A stretch of 64,000 bases of DNA, from positions 58,332-122,331 of IMG/VR virus record IMGVR_UViG_3300037067_008519. One strand, written 5' to 3'. This stretch comes from a virus. Its lineage: Duplodnaviria > Caudoviricetes. The position numbers were made by a program, and so were the translations under genes. Positions 19,829-29,416 of the stretch are shown in pieces (position 1 is the stretch's first letter; the number at the start of each line of letters is the position of its first letter). The notes under the pieces were generated by a model. It was not told where the DNA came from. It worked only from the letters and a program-made list of their open reading frames with translations, and searched no databases.

Positions 19829-21862
19829 ATGTACAGTAGGGTAAGAAAAATTGATAATAGGTATGTTGTTTTTAACCCTGAGAAGATATCAAATAGTATA
19901 ACTAGAGCTTTAGTTTCTACTAATACTAATGGGGTTGTACCCGATGATTTGACTGAAGAAGTTATAAATATTCTACCTGAATATGTTAAATATAAAATTG
20001 CCAGTACAGAAGAGATAGCTAAGGCTGTTGAATTTATTCTTATGGATAAAGGATGTTCAGAAGCAGCTAAGGCTTATATTCTTTATAGGGAAGAAAGAAT
20101 AAGGGCTAGAGAAGGAAAAAGTAGTTTGATGCAGGCTGTTGAGGAAATCACTACAGAATATAAAAAAGATAACAGCAATACCCCACCTGGATTTTCGGCT
20201 AAAGTATTTCAAGTTTCCGAAATGGCTCTTATCAAATACAATATGCAAAGGGTTTTATCAAAAGAATCTGCTGAAGCACATATCAATGGGGATATTCATA
20301 TTCACGATTCTTTTGCGGTAGGTCTTGCTTTTAATTGTTTATATATCCCAATTAGAAAATTATTATTGAATGGCTTTTCTACAGGAACAGGACCGATAAG
20401 ACCTCCACGAAGGCCGGATTCCATTTTTGCTTTAGCCGCTATAGTTTTTCAAAGTGCTCAAAATGATGCTTTTGGCGGCATGGCTATGGCTCATTTTGAT
20501 GAGGATATTGCAGAAGTTTTGAGACAGAATTGTAAGGGAGGTTTTTCAGATAAGGAACTATTTCAAGCGGTTGAGGGTTTTATATATAATCTAAATACCC
20601 TTTCTAGCAGATTTGCAGCACAGCGCCCTTTCAGTAGCATAGGAATAGGAACGGATATATCCCCAGAAGGCAGGGCAGTAACAAAAGCTATTCTTGATGT
20701 TATGGAATTAGGAATGGACGGTCTTACTTTTATATGGCCTAATATACTTTTTAAAATTAAAAGTGGAATAAATTATGAGCCGGGAACTCCAAACCATGAT
20801 TTGTTAATAAGAGCTATGGAAGTTTCAGCCAAAAGGCTTAATCCTACTTATATTTTTTGTGATACAACATTTAATAAAAGTTATACAGAATGTATATCAA
20901 GTATGGGTTGTAGAACTCGTGTATCTTATGATGTGCATGGCATAAATACACAGGACGGTAGGGGTAATATTTCTTTTACTACTATTAATCTTCCTAGGAT
21001 TGCTCTCGAATCAAATGGAAATGAAAATAGATTTTTTGAAATATTAAATGAAAGAATGAATCTGGTAGAAAAACAATTAATTGAAAGATTAGAATTAGTT
21101 GGAAAATTAAAGAAGAAGGATTTTGCTTTTATTATGGGGCAACACCTTTATGCTGAAAGTGATAAATTAAAAGAGAATGATGATATTTATCCTTGTTTAA
21201 TACATGGTACTCAAAGTATCGGTTTTTGTGGTCTTGATGAAACAATTAAAATTCTAACTGGAAATTTTATGTGGGAATCTGATTCATCTTGGGAATTAGG
21301 CTATAAAATTATAAAGTTTATGAGGGGATGTACAGACAATTATACTAAGAAACATAATCTTAATTTTACTCTATTTCAAACTCCTGCTGAATCGGCTTCA
21401 GGTAGGTTTTGCAGATTAGATAAAGAAAGATTTGGAGAGATAGAAGATGTAACGGATAAAGATTTCTATACTAATTCCTCTCATATGGCTGCGGATGCTC
21501 CACTTACTGTTGTTGATAAGATTAAAAAAGAAGCCCCTTTTCATGCTTTAACTAATGCAGGGCATATATGTCATTTATATTTAAGTTCCCCTCCATTGGG
21601 AAATGTAGAGGCCATTAAACAAATAATTGATTGTGCATATGAATCTGATATAGGGTATTTAGCAGTAAACTATGCTATAAATGAATGTTTGGGTTGTGGA
21701 TTTGGAGATCCAATTACTAGGGATAAATGTCCGAAGTGTGGTAGTGAGAATATAAATAGGTTAGCAAGAATTACGGGGTATATTTCTCCGATTAATATTT
21801 GGAATGATGGAAAACTTGCCGAGCTCAAAAGGAGGCCAGATGGTAAAGGAAATAAAAATTAA
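19829..21862 (+). CDS. nrdD: anaerobic ribonucleoside-triphosphate reductase (class III) with ATP cone
   Basis: ATP-cone N-terminus, HIHD, SMGCRT, INLPR, TPAES, CxxC..CPKCGS, RITGY glycyl-radical loop. Confidence 0.95.
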   Translation: MYSRVRKIDNRYVVFNPEKISNSITRALVSTNTNGVVPDDLTEEVINILPEYVKYKIASTEEIAKAVEFILMDKGCSEAAKAYILYREERIRAREGKSSLMQAVEEITTEYKKDNSNTPPGFSAKVFQVSEMALIKYNMQRVLSKESAEAHINGDIHIHDSFAVGLAFNCLYIPIRKLLLNGFSTGTGPIRPPRRPDSIFALAAIVFQSAQNDAFGGMAMAHFDEDIAEVLRQNCKGGFSDKELFQAVEGFIYNLNTLSSRFAAQRPFSSIGIGTDISPEGRAVTKAILDVMELGMDGLTFIWPNILFKIKSGINYEPGTPNHDLLIRAMEVSAKRLNPTYIFCDTTFNKSYTECISSMGCRTRVSYDVHGINTQDGRGNISFTTINLPRIALESNGNENRFFEILNERMNLVEKQLIERLELVGKLKKKDFAFIMGQHLYAESDKLKENDDIYPCLIHGTQSIGFCGLDETIKILTGNFMWESDSSWELGYKIIKFMRGCTDNYTKKHNLNFTLFQTPAESASGRFCRLDKERFGEIEDVTDKDFYTNSSHMAADAPLTVVDKIKKEAPFHALTNAGHICHLYLSSPPLGNVEAIKQIIDCAYESDIGYLAVNYAINECLGCGFGDPITRDKCPKCGSENINRLARITGYISPINIWNDGKLAELKRRPDGKGNKN

Positions 21863-22113
21863 TGCTTTGTAATGACTGTGCCTATTCTTTTGTAAGGGTT
21901 TTCTATACTTTGAATAAGACATATGTATTGTGTGAGAATCTTAAAAGAGGAGAAGCTTATTTACTTTGTAAGGATTATGTTGATGATGAATGCAACCATT
22001 ATAGAAAAGAAGAGGATAAAAGTATTAGAAAGGACTTAGAAGAATTAAAAGGATTACTCAGAATTAGAAATCAAAAGGATCTAAGAAAAGGCGGTAGAGG
22101 AAATGAGATATAG
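21862..22113 (+). CDS. hypothetical Cys-rich protein
   Basis: Coupled ORF with CNDC..C..C. Confidence 0.55.
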   Translation: MLCNDCAYSFVRVFYTLNKTYVLCENLKRGEAYLLCKDYVDDECNHYRKEEDKSIRKDLEELKGLLRIRNQKDLRKGGRGNEI

Positions 22114-22645
22114 ATATGTTGTTAGCGATGATTTTTCTATTGTATACGGTACTGGTTTCTTTGTTAGAACCGCTGTCAAAGATTGGGCAAGGGCTTTATT
22201 AATATTTGAAGATTATATTTGGCGTAGAAATGATAGAAGAAGAAGTTATGCATTAATTGAAGAAGATAAGAAATTTTTAGAAACACTAAACGGGGCTAGG
22301 GAACAATGGGGTAAGAGTTGGTGGAAGCATATTGAACATCATGTGGAAAAGGAAGATTCAAAAATGCCTAAAGTAGCTATTTGGGGAGCATGGGATGAAT
22401 CCTATCCTTATGATGTTAGATTATTATCTTTTCCTACTTCGAAGAAAGCTATCAAAGCTTTAGAAGACGAATGGGAAGGGGAATTTAAAGCTAGGTTGAA
22501 GAGGAAATTACCTCGGTTTGTTAAGGTATCCGATTGCGCTTTTGAAGGTTGGCCTAGGAACCCCTGTGATGATACTAATTGCAGGCATGAACATTGGGCA
22601 TTTGTTTGGCGGCTGGAAGTAGGGTATAAGGAGGATTTTGAATGA
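22103..22645 (+). CDS. hypothetical protein
   Basis: Coupled ORF. Confidence 0.55.
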   Translation: MRYRYVVSDDFSIVYGTGFFVRTAVKDWARALLIFEDYIWRRNDRRRSYALIEEDKKFLETLNGAREQWGKSWWKHIEHHVEKEDSKMPKVAIWGAWDESYPYDVRLLSFPTSKKAIKALEDEWEGEFKARLKRKLPRFVKVSDCAFEGWPRNPCDDTNCRHEHWAFVWRLEVGYKEDFE

Positions 22646-22854
22646 AGGATATTATCTATTCAATTTGGGATTATGCTAATGAAAATCCTAGATTATTTAT
22701 GATTCAAACTGAGAATACTAGAGATGAATTTGAAACAACAAAGAGTCTTTGGTGGGAAAATGGTATAGGAACAATAACAGAAGTTACAGAAGAAGAGTTT
22801 GATTTATTGGCTAAAAAGGTAGGTAAGAATGATTCGGATAGGCAAAGTTCTTAG
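22642..22854 (+). CDS. hypothetical protein
   Basis: ATGA overlap, SD GGAGG. Confidence 0.55.
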   Translation: MKDIIYSIWDYANENPRLFMIQTENTRDEFETTKSLWWENGIGTITEVTEEEFDLLAKKVGKNDSDRQSS

Positions 22855-23323
22855 AGATTCGGTAGTGGATGGTTCGGGACTTAGAGTAGTTGTTTTTCTA
22901 GCCGGTTGCTCTCATAAACCTAAATGTAAAGAGTGTCACCAAAAATGGCTCTGGGAACCAGATTCAGGTGGAGGATTTACAGTAGAGGAAGTTTATCAAC
23001 AAGTTATTAATGCTGGTTATAACAAACCTAATATTGCTTTGACGATTAGCGGCGGGGAACCTTTGGATAGTTATGAAGAACTTCTAAATCTACTACGAAT
23101 GATTAAGACTGAGTATCCTTGGAAAGATTCTATCTGGTTGTACACAGGGCATACTTTTGATGAAGTAAAGAAGAGTTATCCATTGATTCTAGAATATGTT
23201 GATGTTGTTATAGATGGTAAATATGATAAAAGTAAAAAAGAGTTAAATTTTGGTAAGTATCGTGGAAGTTGTAACCAAAATAAATGGGCAAAGGATGGCC
23301 TGATATGGAAGATGGAATATTAA
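22829..23323 (+). CDS. nrdG: anaerobic RNR activating enzyme (radical SAM)
   Basis: DSVVDGSGLRVVVFLAGC..KCKECH, SGGEP, WLYTG, DVVIDGKY, RGSCNQ. Confidence 0.93.
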   Translation: MIRIGKVLRDSVVDGSGLRVVVFLAGCSHKPKCKECHQKWLWEPDSGGGFTVEEVYQQVINAGYNKPNIALTISGGEPLDSYEELLNLLRMIKTEYPWKDSIWLYTGHTFDEVKKSYPLILEYVDVVIDGKYDKSKKELNFGKYRGSCNQNKWAKDGLIWKMEY

Positions 23324-24293
23324 TTGGAGAATAAAATTCAACTGTGGGAATTACAACAAAAACAGTCTCTTCCTTTAGAGATGAAAGTAATTATGACTCA
23401 AAGAAGGATTAGAGATTGGTATGAACATTGGGGGGGGGCAAGTATATGTATCTTTCTCTGGTGGCAAAGACTCAACAGTCTTGTTAAGTTTAGTAAGGGA
23501 TATGTATCCTGATGTTCCTGCTGTGTTTTTTGATACCGGACTTGAATATCCAGAAATCAGGGATTTTGTTAAAACTTTTGATAATGTAGTATGGCTAAAA
23601 CCTAAGAAAACATTCAAGAAAGTTATAGAGGAATATGGTTATCCGGTAGTTAGTAAAAATGTTTCTAGATTTGTTTGGGATTTACGCAGACCCAATAGCG
23701 CAAAGAATGAAAATGTAAAAAATTTGAGATTAACAGGATATAATCAAAAAGGAGAATACTGCCCTTCTATGAAATTGTCAAATAAATGGACGAAACTTGT
23801 TGATGCCCCCTTTGATATTTCTGATAAATGTTGTGATATTATGAAAAAAGACCCCGCGAAAAGGTTTGTTAAAGAATCAGAAAGTAATCCAATTATAGGA
23901 ACTTTAGCTGAAGAATCTAGAATGAGAACAAGAGTTTATTTAAGAACAGGATGTAATGCTTTTGAATGTAAAAATCCTTATTCGATGCCCATGAGTTTTT
24001 GGACTAATCAGGATATTTTAGCATTTCTGAAAAAAACTACATTAAATTATTGTTCTGTTTATGGAGATATAAAAGAAACTAATGATGGATTAATTTTAAC
24101 AGGAGAACAAAGGACGGGGTGTATGTTTTGTATGTTTGGAGTGCATATGGAAAATAACCCTAATAGATTTCAACGTATGGCTATAACACATCCAACACAG
24201 TATAAATATTGCATGGAAAATTTAGGATTAAAAGAAATTCTTGAATACATTGGCGTAGAATATAAACCATCTGAACAAATTAAATTATTTTAA
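23324..24293 (+). CDS. PAPS-reductase-family (PP-loop) protein, split by a +1 frameshift at G9
   Basis: ORF 23324..23512 gives LQQKQSLPLEMKV..RIRDWYEHW; ORF 23421..24293 gives QVYVSFSGGKDS...CC..MKK...RTGCMFC. They join as WGGQVYVSFSGGKDS if the tract is G8. Confidence 0.85.
23430..23438 (+). repeat. poly-G tract (G9) at frameshift
   Basis: CATT-G9-CAAGT. Confidence 0.9.
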
Positions 24294-24305
24294 GGAGGTA
24301 TTGAA

Positions 24306-25241
24306 ATGTCAGGAATTGTGCCGAGCTACCCAAAGATTTTTCATTTAGGTGATGCTATGATAGCTAATCTTTTTAAAGGTTCAGTAGAGATAACAGAAAA
24401 GATCGACGGCTCTCAATGGTGTTTCGGTATAGATGCTGATGGTAATTTTGGGTATAGGAGTAAAAACCAAGATTTGAGTCACGGTGAAGTTCCTAATACT
24501 TTTGAGGGTGCGAAAGAACAAATGGAAAGAATAGAGAATATACTTAAAGATAATAATTTTAGAAACATATTTTTCTACGCTGAATTTCTTAGGAAAGAAA
24601 AACATAATCTTTTAAAATATAACAGGATACCTAAGAACCATCTTTATCTTTTTGGTGTTTTAAATAAAGGCGAATTTGTATATAATTCTTTTCAGTTGAT
24701 GGGGTGGGCAGAAATTTTGGACATTGAACCTGCCAATGTCAGGTTTGTTGGGGATATTTCTAATATAGATGATTTGTATACTTTGCTCGATGTGGAGAGC
24801 ATCCTTGGCGGAACCAAGATGGAAGGTATTGTCATAAAGAATTATAATGAACCTTCAGGCCGGGGGTCATGGATACAACCTATTTCACTAGGGAAATTTG
24901 TAAGAGAAGAATTTAAGGAACGGCAGAATAAAGATTGGAAAAAAGAATTTACAAGTAAAGGTAAGTTAGATATATTTTTAGATTCATTCAATACTGATGC
25001 CCGCAAACTCAAAGCCATACAACATCTACGTGACCAAGGATTGCTTGAGAATACACCCAAAGATATTGGGGAGCTGATGCGGGAAATCCACAGAGACATT
25101 ATTGAAGAAGAGTCAGAGAATATTAAAGAAGAATTGTTTAAGTTGTATATTAAAGACATTGTTCGTTATGCCCAGCGCGGCCTGCCAGATATGTATAAGC
25201 AGATGTTGGCAGAAGCATCTTTTGAGGAGTTAGAAACTTGA
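24306..25241 (+). CDS. RNA ligase (Rnl2-like nucleotidyltransferase)
   Basis: Motif I EKIDGS, YAEF, YLFGV, motif IV EGIVIK, K(F)VREEFKE. Confidence 0.8.
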   Translation: MSGIVPSYPKIFHLGDAMIANLFKGSVEITEKIDGSQWCFGIDADGNFGYRSKNQDLSHGEVPNTFEGAKEQMERIENILKDNNFRNIFFYAEFLRKEKHNLLKYNRIPKNHLYLFGVLNKGEFVYNSFQLMGWAEILDIEPANVRFVGDISNIDDLYTLLDVESILGGTKMEGIVIKNYNEPSGRGSWIQPISLGKFVREEFKERQNKDWKKEFTSKGKLDIFLDSFNTDARKLKAIQHLRDQGLLENTPKDIGELMREIHRDIIEEESENIKEELFKLYIKDIVRYAQRGLPDMYKQMLAEASFEELET

Positions 25242-25266
25242 CAAAGTTTAATAATGATGCTATAGT
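25238..25266 (+). promoter_or_regulatory. sigma70-type promoter with extended -10
   Basis: TTGACA-N17-TATAGT with TG upstream of -10. Confidence 0.6.
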
Positions 25267-25591
25267 TAGTGAATACGGAAACAACATCCTCATAAGATTT
25301 CCCTGTGGTAAGGAAATAATAGTATTCATACCATTTGATAAAGAACTTGAGTTAGAACCTGTTGATGATGATTTTATTGTTCAGCTTTCTCTGCCGTTCG
25401 ACCATTGTGAACATTGTACTTTTGTGAACAGCGAGGTTTGTTTCGCTAAATATATAGATAATCAAGGAATTTATTATTGTTATGAATTAGAAGGTAAAAG
25501 AATCTATCGAGATTCCCCCGCCACGGAAGAAGAACTCAGAGAATTATTTAATTTGGAAGGAGAGGAAGAGAGTAAAATAGATTTATTATGA
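25238..25591 (+). CDS. hypothetical protein with QLSLPF motif and Cys cluster
   Basis: TTG start with GAGGAG SD; VQLSLPFDHCEHC. Confidence 0.5.
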   Translation: MTKFNNDAIVSEYGNNILIRFPCGKEIIVFIPFDKELELEPVDDDFIVQLSLPFDHCEHCTFVNSEVCFAKYIDNQGIYYCYELEGKRIYRDSPATEEELRELFNLEGEEESKIDLL

Positions 25592-25746
25592 ACATCAAAG
25601 ATTGGATATGCCCTATATGTGGTAATTATTATGATGGTGAAAGATGTTTAGAATGCGGTCACGAAGATTTGAAAGAGAAAGCAAAACTCTTAAAATTTAT
25701 AGAACTTAGAGAAAACAGAGAAAAGAAGGAAAGGAAAGAAAAATGA
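25588..25746 (+). CDS. small zinc-ribbon protein (52 aa, not in ORF track)
   Basis: MNIKDWICPICG...CLECG; ATGA overlaps on both sides. Confidence 0.6.
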   Translation: MNIKDWICPICGNYYDGERCLECGHEDLKEKAKLLKFIELRENREKKERKEK

Positions 25747-25967
25747 TTGAGGAATTAAAAAAAGAGGCAAAGGATAAAGATAGGGTGATGATAATTATTG
25801 TTACCCCCGATGGATCGGATGGTGTTGTGGCAGCATGTGATATTGAAGGAGAGCTTTATAGAAGGAAAATAGATGCCGGTAAATTGGAATCTTTATTATC
25901 TGTTGCCTTTCGAAGAGCAACAGACTCACTAATGAAATATGTTAATGAAGATAAGGAGGAAAATTAA
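25743..25967 (+). CDS. hypothetical protein
   Basis: Coupled ORF. Confidence 0.55.
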   Translation: MIEELKKEAKDKDRVMIIIVTPDGSDGVVAACDIEGELYRRKIDAGKLESLLSVAFRRATDSLMKYVNEDKEEN

Positions 25968-26441
25968 ATGGCTTTGAATCGTGTAGTAGTTTCAGGAAGG
26001 TTAGGAAAGGAACCTGAGCTTGATTATCTGCCATCAGAAAGAGCGAAAATATCTTTTAATATAGCAAATGATGTTGGTTGGGGGGATAAGAAAAAGACTA
26101 ATTGGATTCCTATAGTTGGTTTTGGTACGCGGGCTGAGTCTCTTTCTAAGATTCTTAAAAAGGGGCAGGAAGTTATTATTGAGGGTAAGTATATGGTAGA
26201 TTCTTGGAAGACGGATGATGGTCAGTTTAGGAGTAAAACTTATCTTCAGATGGATGAACTACATTTTACTAGTGGTAATGGTAAGTCTGAGGCTGCCCCC
26301 AAGAAAACTACCCCCAAGAAATCTAGCGAGTTTGATCTGGATTTTGAAGAGGATGAAGAGGAAGACATTAATGAAATGCTAAAGAAGCCCTCTGAGTTGG
26401 AAACTGTGGAAGATGATGAAGAGGATAATTGGATGCCTTAA
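25968..26441 (+). CDS. ssb: single-stranded DNA-binding protein
   Basis: LNRVVVSGRLGKEPEL, T.WI.IV.FG..AE...KG..V.IEG; acidic tail. Confidence 0.93.
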   Translation: MALNRVVVSGRLGKEPELDYLPSERAKISFNIANDVGWGDKKKTNWIPIVGFGTRAESLSKILKKGQEVIIEGKYMVDSWKTDDGQFRSKTYLQMDELHFTSGNGKSEAAPKKTTPKKSSEFDLDFEEDEEEDINEMLKKPSELETVEDDEEDNWMP

Positions 26442-26454
26442 AGGAGTAAAGACA

Positions 26455-26640
26455 ATGCCTAAGTTTGTTATTGATACAACAGAACATGTTTATAGACGAT
26501 ACATTGTTGAAGCTGAGAATGAAGTTGAAGCGTGGGATATTTTTTATGATAATACGATTGAACCAATAAGTATTGATGCTCAAGGGGAAGATGATTACGA
26601 AATGACTCCCGCTGAATTGTATGGAGATTTGTATAAATAA
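26455..26640 (+). CDS. hypothetical protein
   Basis: SD AAGGAG, then MPKF...VEAENEVEA. Confidence 0.6.
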   Translation: MPKFVIDTTEHVYRRYIVEAENEVEAWDIFYDNTIEPISIDAQGEDDYEMTPAELYGDLYK

Positions 26641-27167
26641 TGAAAGCACCTGACTATATTTTAGCAATTGATCCCGGTACAGTAAACATAGGGTATGCTC
26701 TCTTAGGATATGATTCAGATTATCTTCTTGGAGGAATTATAAAAGTAGAAAAAGAGGATAAATTAAACCTAGGAAAATTACGAAACGACCTTATAGCAGT
26801 ATTTATTGAAGTACAGAAAACGATAACTCATGGTTCACTCCTAGTGGTGATAGAGGAATTTGGAATGTTTGGTCTGAGGGCTTCTGTAATAAATGCTTTT
26901 GATATGGGCAGAGTAATCCAACTAATCAAAGATGTTTTTTGGACTTTTTATCTTAATAAAACTATGAATTTTCCTTATCCCATGTCTGCTAAGAACTGGG
27001 ATGTGCGTCAATGGTTATGCGGCAATGGTACGGCAAAGCCAGCTCAAGTCAAAGAAGCACTCAAACTAATGGGGGTTACACAAAAGACTAATGAACATGT
27101 AAGGGATGCTATAGCTTTAGGTTTATATTCTTGGTATATGAGAATATGGGAGCATGTAAATGGGTAA
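26640..27167 (+). CDS. ruvC: Holliday junction resolvase
   Basis: ILAIDPGTVNIGYA, VIEE, GNG.AK..QV, H..DAIA. Confidence 0.85.
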   Translation: MKAPDYILAIDPGTVNIGYALLGYDSDYLLGGIIKVEKEDKLNLGKLRNDLIAVFIEVQKTITHGSLLVVIEEFGMFGLRASVINAFDMGRVIQLIKDVFWTFYLNKTMNFPYPMSAKNWDVRQWLCGNGTAKPAQVKEALKLMGVTQKTNEHVRDAIALGLYSWYMRIWEHVNG

Positions 27168-27396
27168 ATATGGAAAAAGATATGAATTCCCTAATGTTAT
27201 TTGGATAGTAACAACAATTAAAGGTGGGATGATTAGAGATGATGGGCAGAGAATATTTAAAAATCGTGAGTCTGCTATTGATTGGATAAAGAAAAATGGT
27301 GGTTGTAAAAAAAGTCCAGACGATTCTTTTTGGTATTGTACAGAACCCCTTCTGTATCATTGGTTAAAATTTTGTTCTCTACCTAAAGGAGATTAG
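27160..27396 (+). CDS. hypothetical protein
   Basis: Coupled ORF. Confidence 0.5.
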   Translation: MGKYGKRYEFPNVIWIVTTIKGGMIRDDGQRIFKNRESAIDWIKKNGGCKKSPDDSFWYCTEPLLYHWLKFCSLPKGD

Positions 27397-27918
27397 ATGA
27401 AAAATGTAGCATTTGCTGGATTAGCTTGTTCCGGTAAAACAACTGCGGCAAATTTCTTTGAAGAGAAAATCAATAGTAAGAATTGTTTTAGGGTAAAGGT
27501 TGCTGATCCTATCTATGAAGTAGCTCATCAAGTATTTGGGATGAAGAATAAAGATAGGAAATTGTTACAACAAATAGGGGAAAAATTAAGAGAGATAGAC
27601 CCTAATGTTTTTGTAAATTATATTCTTAGATACAAGTCCTATAGTAAATTTCCAATCTTTATTGATGATGTTAGAAAGAAATCTGAAGAAATAACTCTTA
27701 GAGAGAATGGGTTTATTACAGTATTAGTATTATCTGATGAAAAGATTCGTAAAGACCGTTCCGATGCTCAAGGCTATGCTTGGCATCCAGAAGATAGCAC
27801 AGAACAAGAGATGAAAGAATATACTGAAACTAATTATATAATAACGAATAATGGGAGCCTTACCGAATTTAAACAAAAGTTAGAAGAACTTTATAGCAGA
27901 ATAGAGGAAAGGGAATAA
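27397..27918 (+). CDS. deoxynucleoside monophosphate kinase-like P-loop protein
   Basis: AFAGLACSGKTT, R.LLQQIG..LR..DP.VFV, IDDVR, I.NNG. Confidence 0.8.
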   Translation: MKNVAFAGLACSGKTTAANFFEEKINSKNCFRVKVADPIYEVAHQVFGMKNKDRKLLQQIGEKLREIDPNVFVNYILRYKSYSKFPIFIDDVRKKSEEITLRENGFITVLVLSDEKIRKDRSDAQGYAWHPEDSTEQEMKEYTETNYIITNNGSLTEFKQKLEELYSRIEERE

Positions 27919-29024
27919 TGAAATTTACAATTGAACAAGGAAAATTAAACTCAGCATTGGGGATAGTTTGTAGAGTGCTAGATGATGATAAAAAAGTTAT
28001 TTTACAATCCACAGGAAATAAAAATAATGGTAAGCTGTCAATTTGTGGTGGTTCTTATAATCAATTTTATGAAATATGGATTAACGGCGTTAATGTAGCT
28101 GAGTCAGGAAGTTTTACGGTTGATGGAACCAAATTAAAGAAAATGACTGATAGAAATCCAAAAGCAGACTTGAATATTATAGCCGACGATAATACCATGT
28201 CTCTCCATACCAAAAATTATGATGCTTCTCTTAACAAGATGATTCAATCGGTTTTTTTAGAAAAACAAGAAAGGGAAGATCACATTGAGTTAGAGATGGG
28301 AATTTTTAAAAAATTGCTTGATAGCGTAGCATGGGCATCTGGTAAGTTTGGAGATAACTTTAATCTGGATACTGTTTTTATTACATTTTCTAAAGATGAT
28401 ATTTCCGTCCTAGCTAGCGATTCAATAGTCATAGCCACCAACAAAGCTAAAATTAAAACAGGATTAAAGAAAGATGTAACTATTTCTCTACCTCTTACAG
28501 CAGTAAAAGAGATTCAGAAGTTTGGGGATGGCCCCGTAGACATACGATTGGCGGGGGATAGTATAGAAGTTGTTCAGACAAATGATTCCACTACAACACA
28601 TCTTATTAGCAGGCTTTATGCTATTTCAAGTATTCTCGAAAAAATACAAACATCTCTAAGTGGGGGTGTTTCCAAAACTTGTATAACTTTTAATGCAAAA
28701 GATTTTGAGGAAGCTATCCAACAGACTAAGATATTTTCTTCTACAGCAGGCTTCATTACTTACATAAAACAAGGAAAGAATAAACTGGTAATCAAAGCTG
28801 AAGGATCAGAGGGAAAATTTGAGCAGAGCTTCAAACAATATAATGTAGTTGATTCACAAGAAGTTATCGAGATGAAAGTAAATGCTGACTATTTAACAGA
28901 TGCTCTCAAGCATTGTGAAAATGCTGAACTTCATTATGAGGGAGAATTAAAGCCTATCTGGATTGCAGAGGGAGATTATAAGGGTTTGATTAGTGTAGTA
29001 AGATTAAAGGAGAAAAACGTTTAA
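27918..29024 (+). CDS. dnaN: DNA polymerase sliding clamp (beta subunit-like)
   Basis: 368 aa; MKFTI, GSFTV..KL, ASD, LISRL, N..YL.DAL, LKP; three-domain clamp length. Confidence 0.75.
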   Translation: MKFTIEQGKLNSALGIVCRVLDDDKKVILQSTGNKNNGKLSICGGSYNQFYEIWINGVNVAESGSFTVDGTKLKKMTDRNPKADLNIIADDNTMSLHTKNYDASLNKMIQSVFLEKQEREDHIELEMGIFKKLLDSVAWASGKFGDNFNLDTVFITFSKDDISVLASDSIVIATNKAKIKTGLKKDVTISLPLTAVKEIQKFGDGPVDIRLAGDSIEVVQTNDSTTTHLISRLYAISSILEKIQTSLSGGVSKTCITFNAKDFEEAIQQTKIFSSTAGFITYIKQGKNKLVIKAEGSEGKFEQSFKQYNVVDSQEVIEMKVNADYLTDALKHCENAELHYEGELKPIWIAEGDYKGLISVVRLKEKNV

Positions 29025-29416
29025 TGGATTGGTTAGAAGAGTTGAAGGTTGAAATGAGCAAAGAAGGTATAGAAGCACAGAAATATTATAATGAATGCTT
29101 TGAGGAACAAAATAATCGTTTTCATAAAGTAACAGAAAAGCTCCGTGAATACAATATAACTGCTATTAGTTCAGATAGGTTTTTTGAAGAGATAGGGAAA
29201 AGAAAATGGCTGTTCAAAATTGATGGTTACGGTGTTGATGATGATACCGGGGGAGAAGTAGAAGCTAGGGTGTATGAGTGGGCTTGTTATACTTCTTATG
29301 AAGGTTTTACTGAGTGTGATGCTGAACAAATTGGTTTTGGTAGGGCATTGATACCTCTTTGGGCTATCGGTGCGGCACTACTAGAAGCATTAGGAGGAGA
29401 AATAGATGAAGGTTGA
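29024..29416 (+). CDS. hypothetical protein
   Basis: Coupled ORF. Confidence 0.55.
   Translation: MDWLEELKVEMSKEGIEAQKYYNECFEEQNNRFHKVTEKLREYNITAISSDRFFEEIGKRKWLFKIDGYGVDDDTGGEVEARVYEWACYTSYEGFTECDAEQIGFGRALIPLWAIGAALLEALGGEIDEG

Noticed and set aside
19829-21862. Intron or intein in nrdD (also checked recA and dnaB)
   Set aside because: All are continuous and of normal length.
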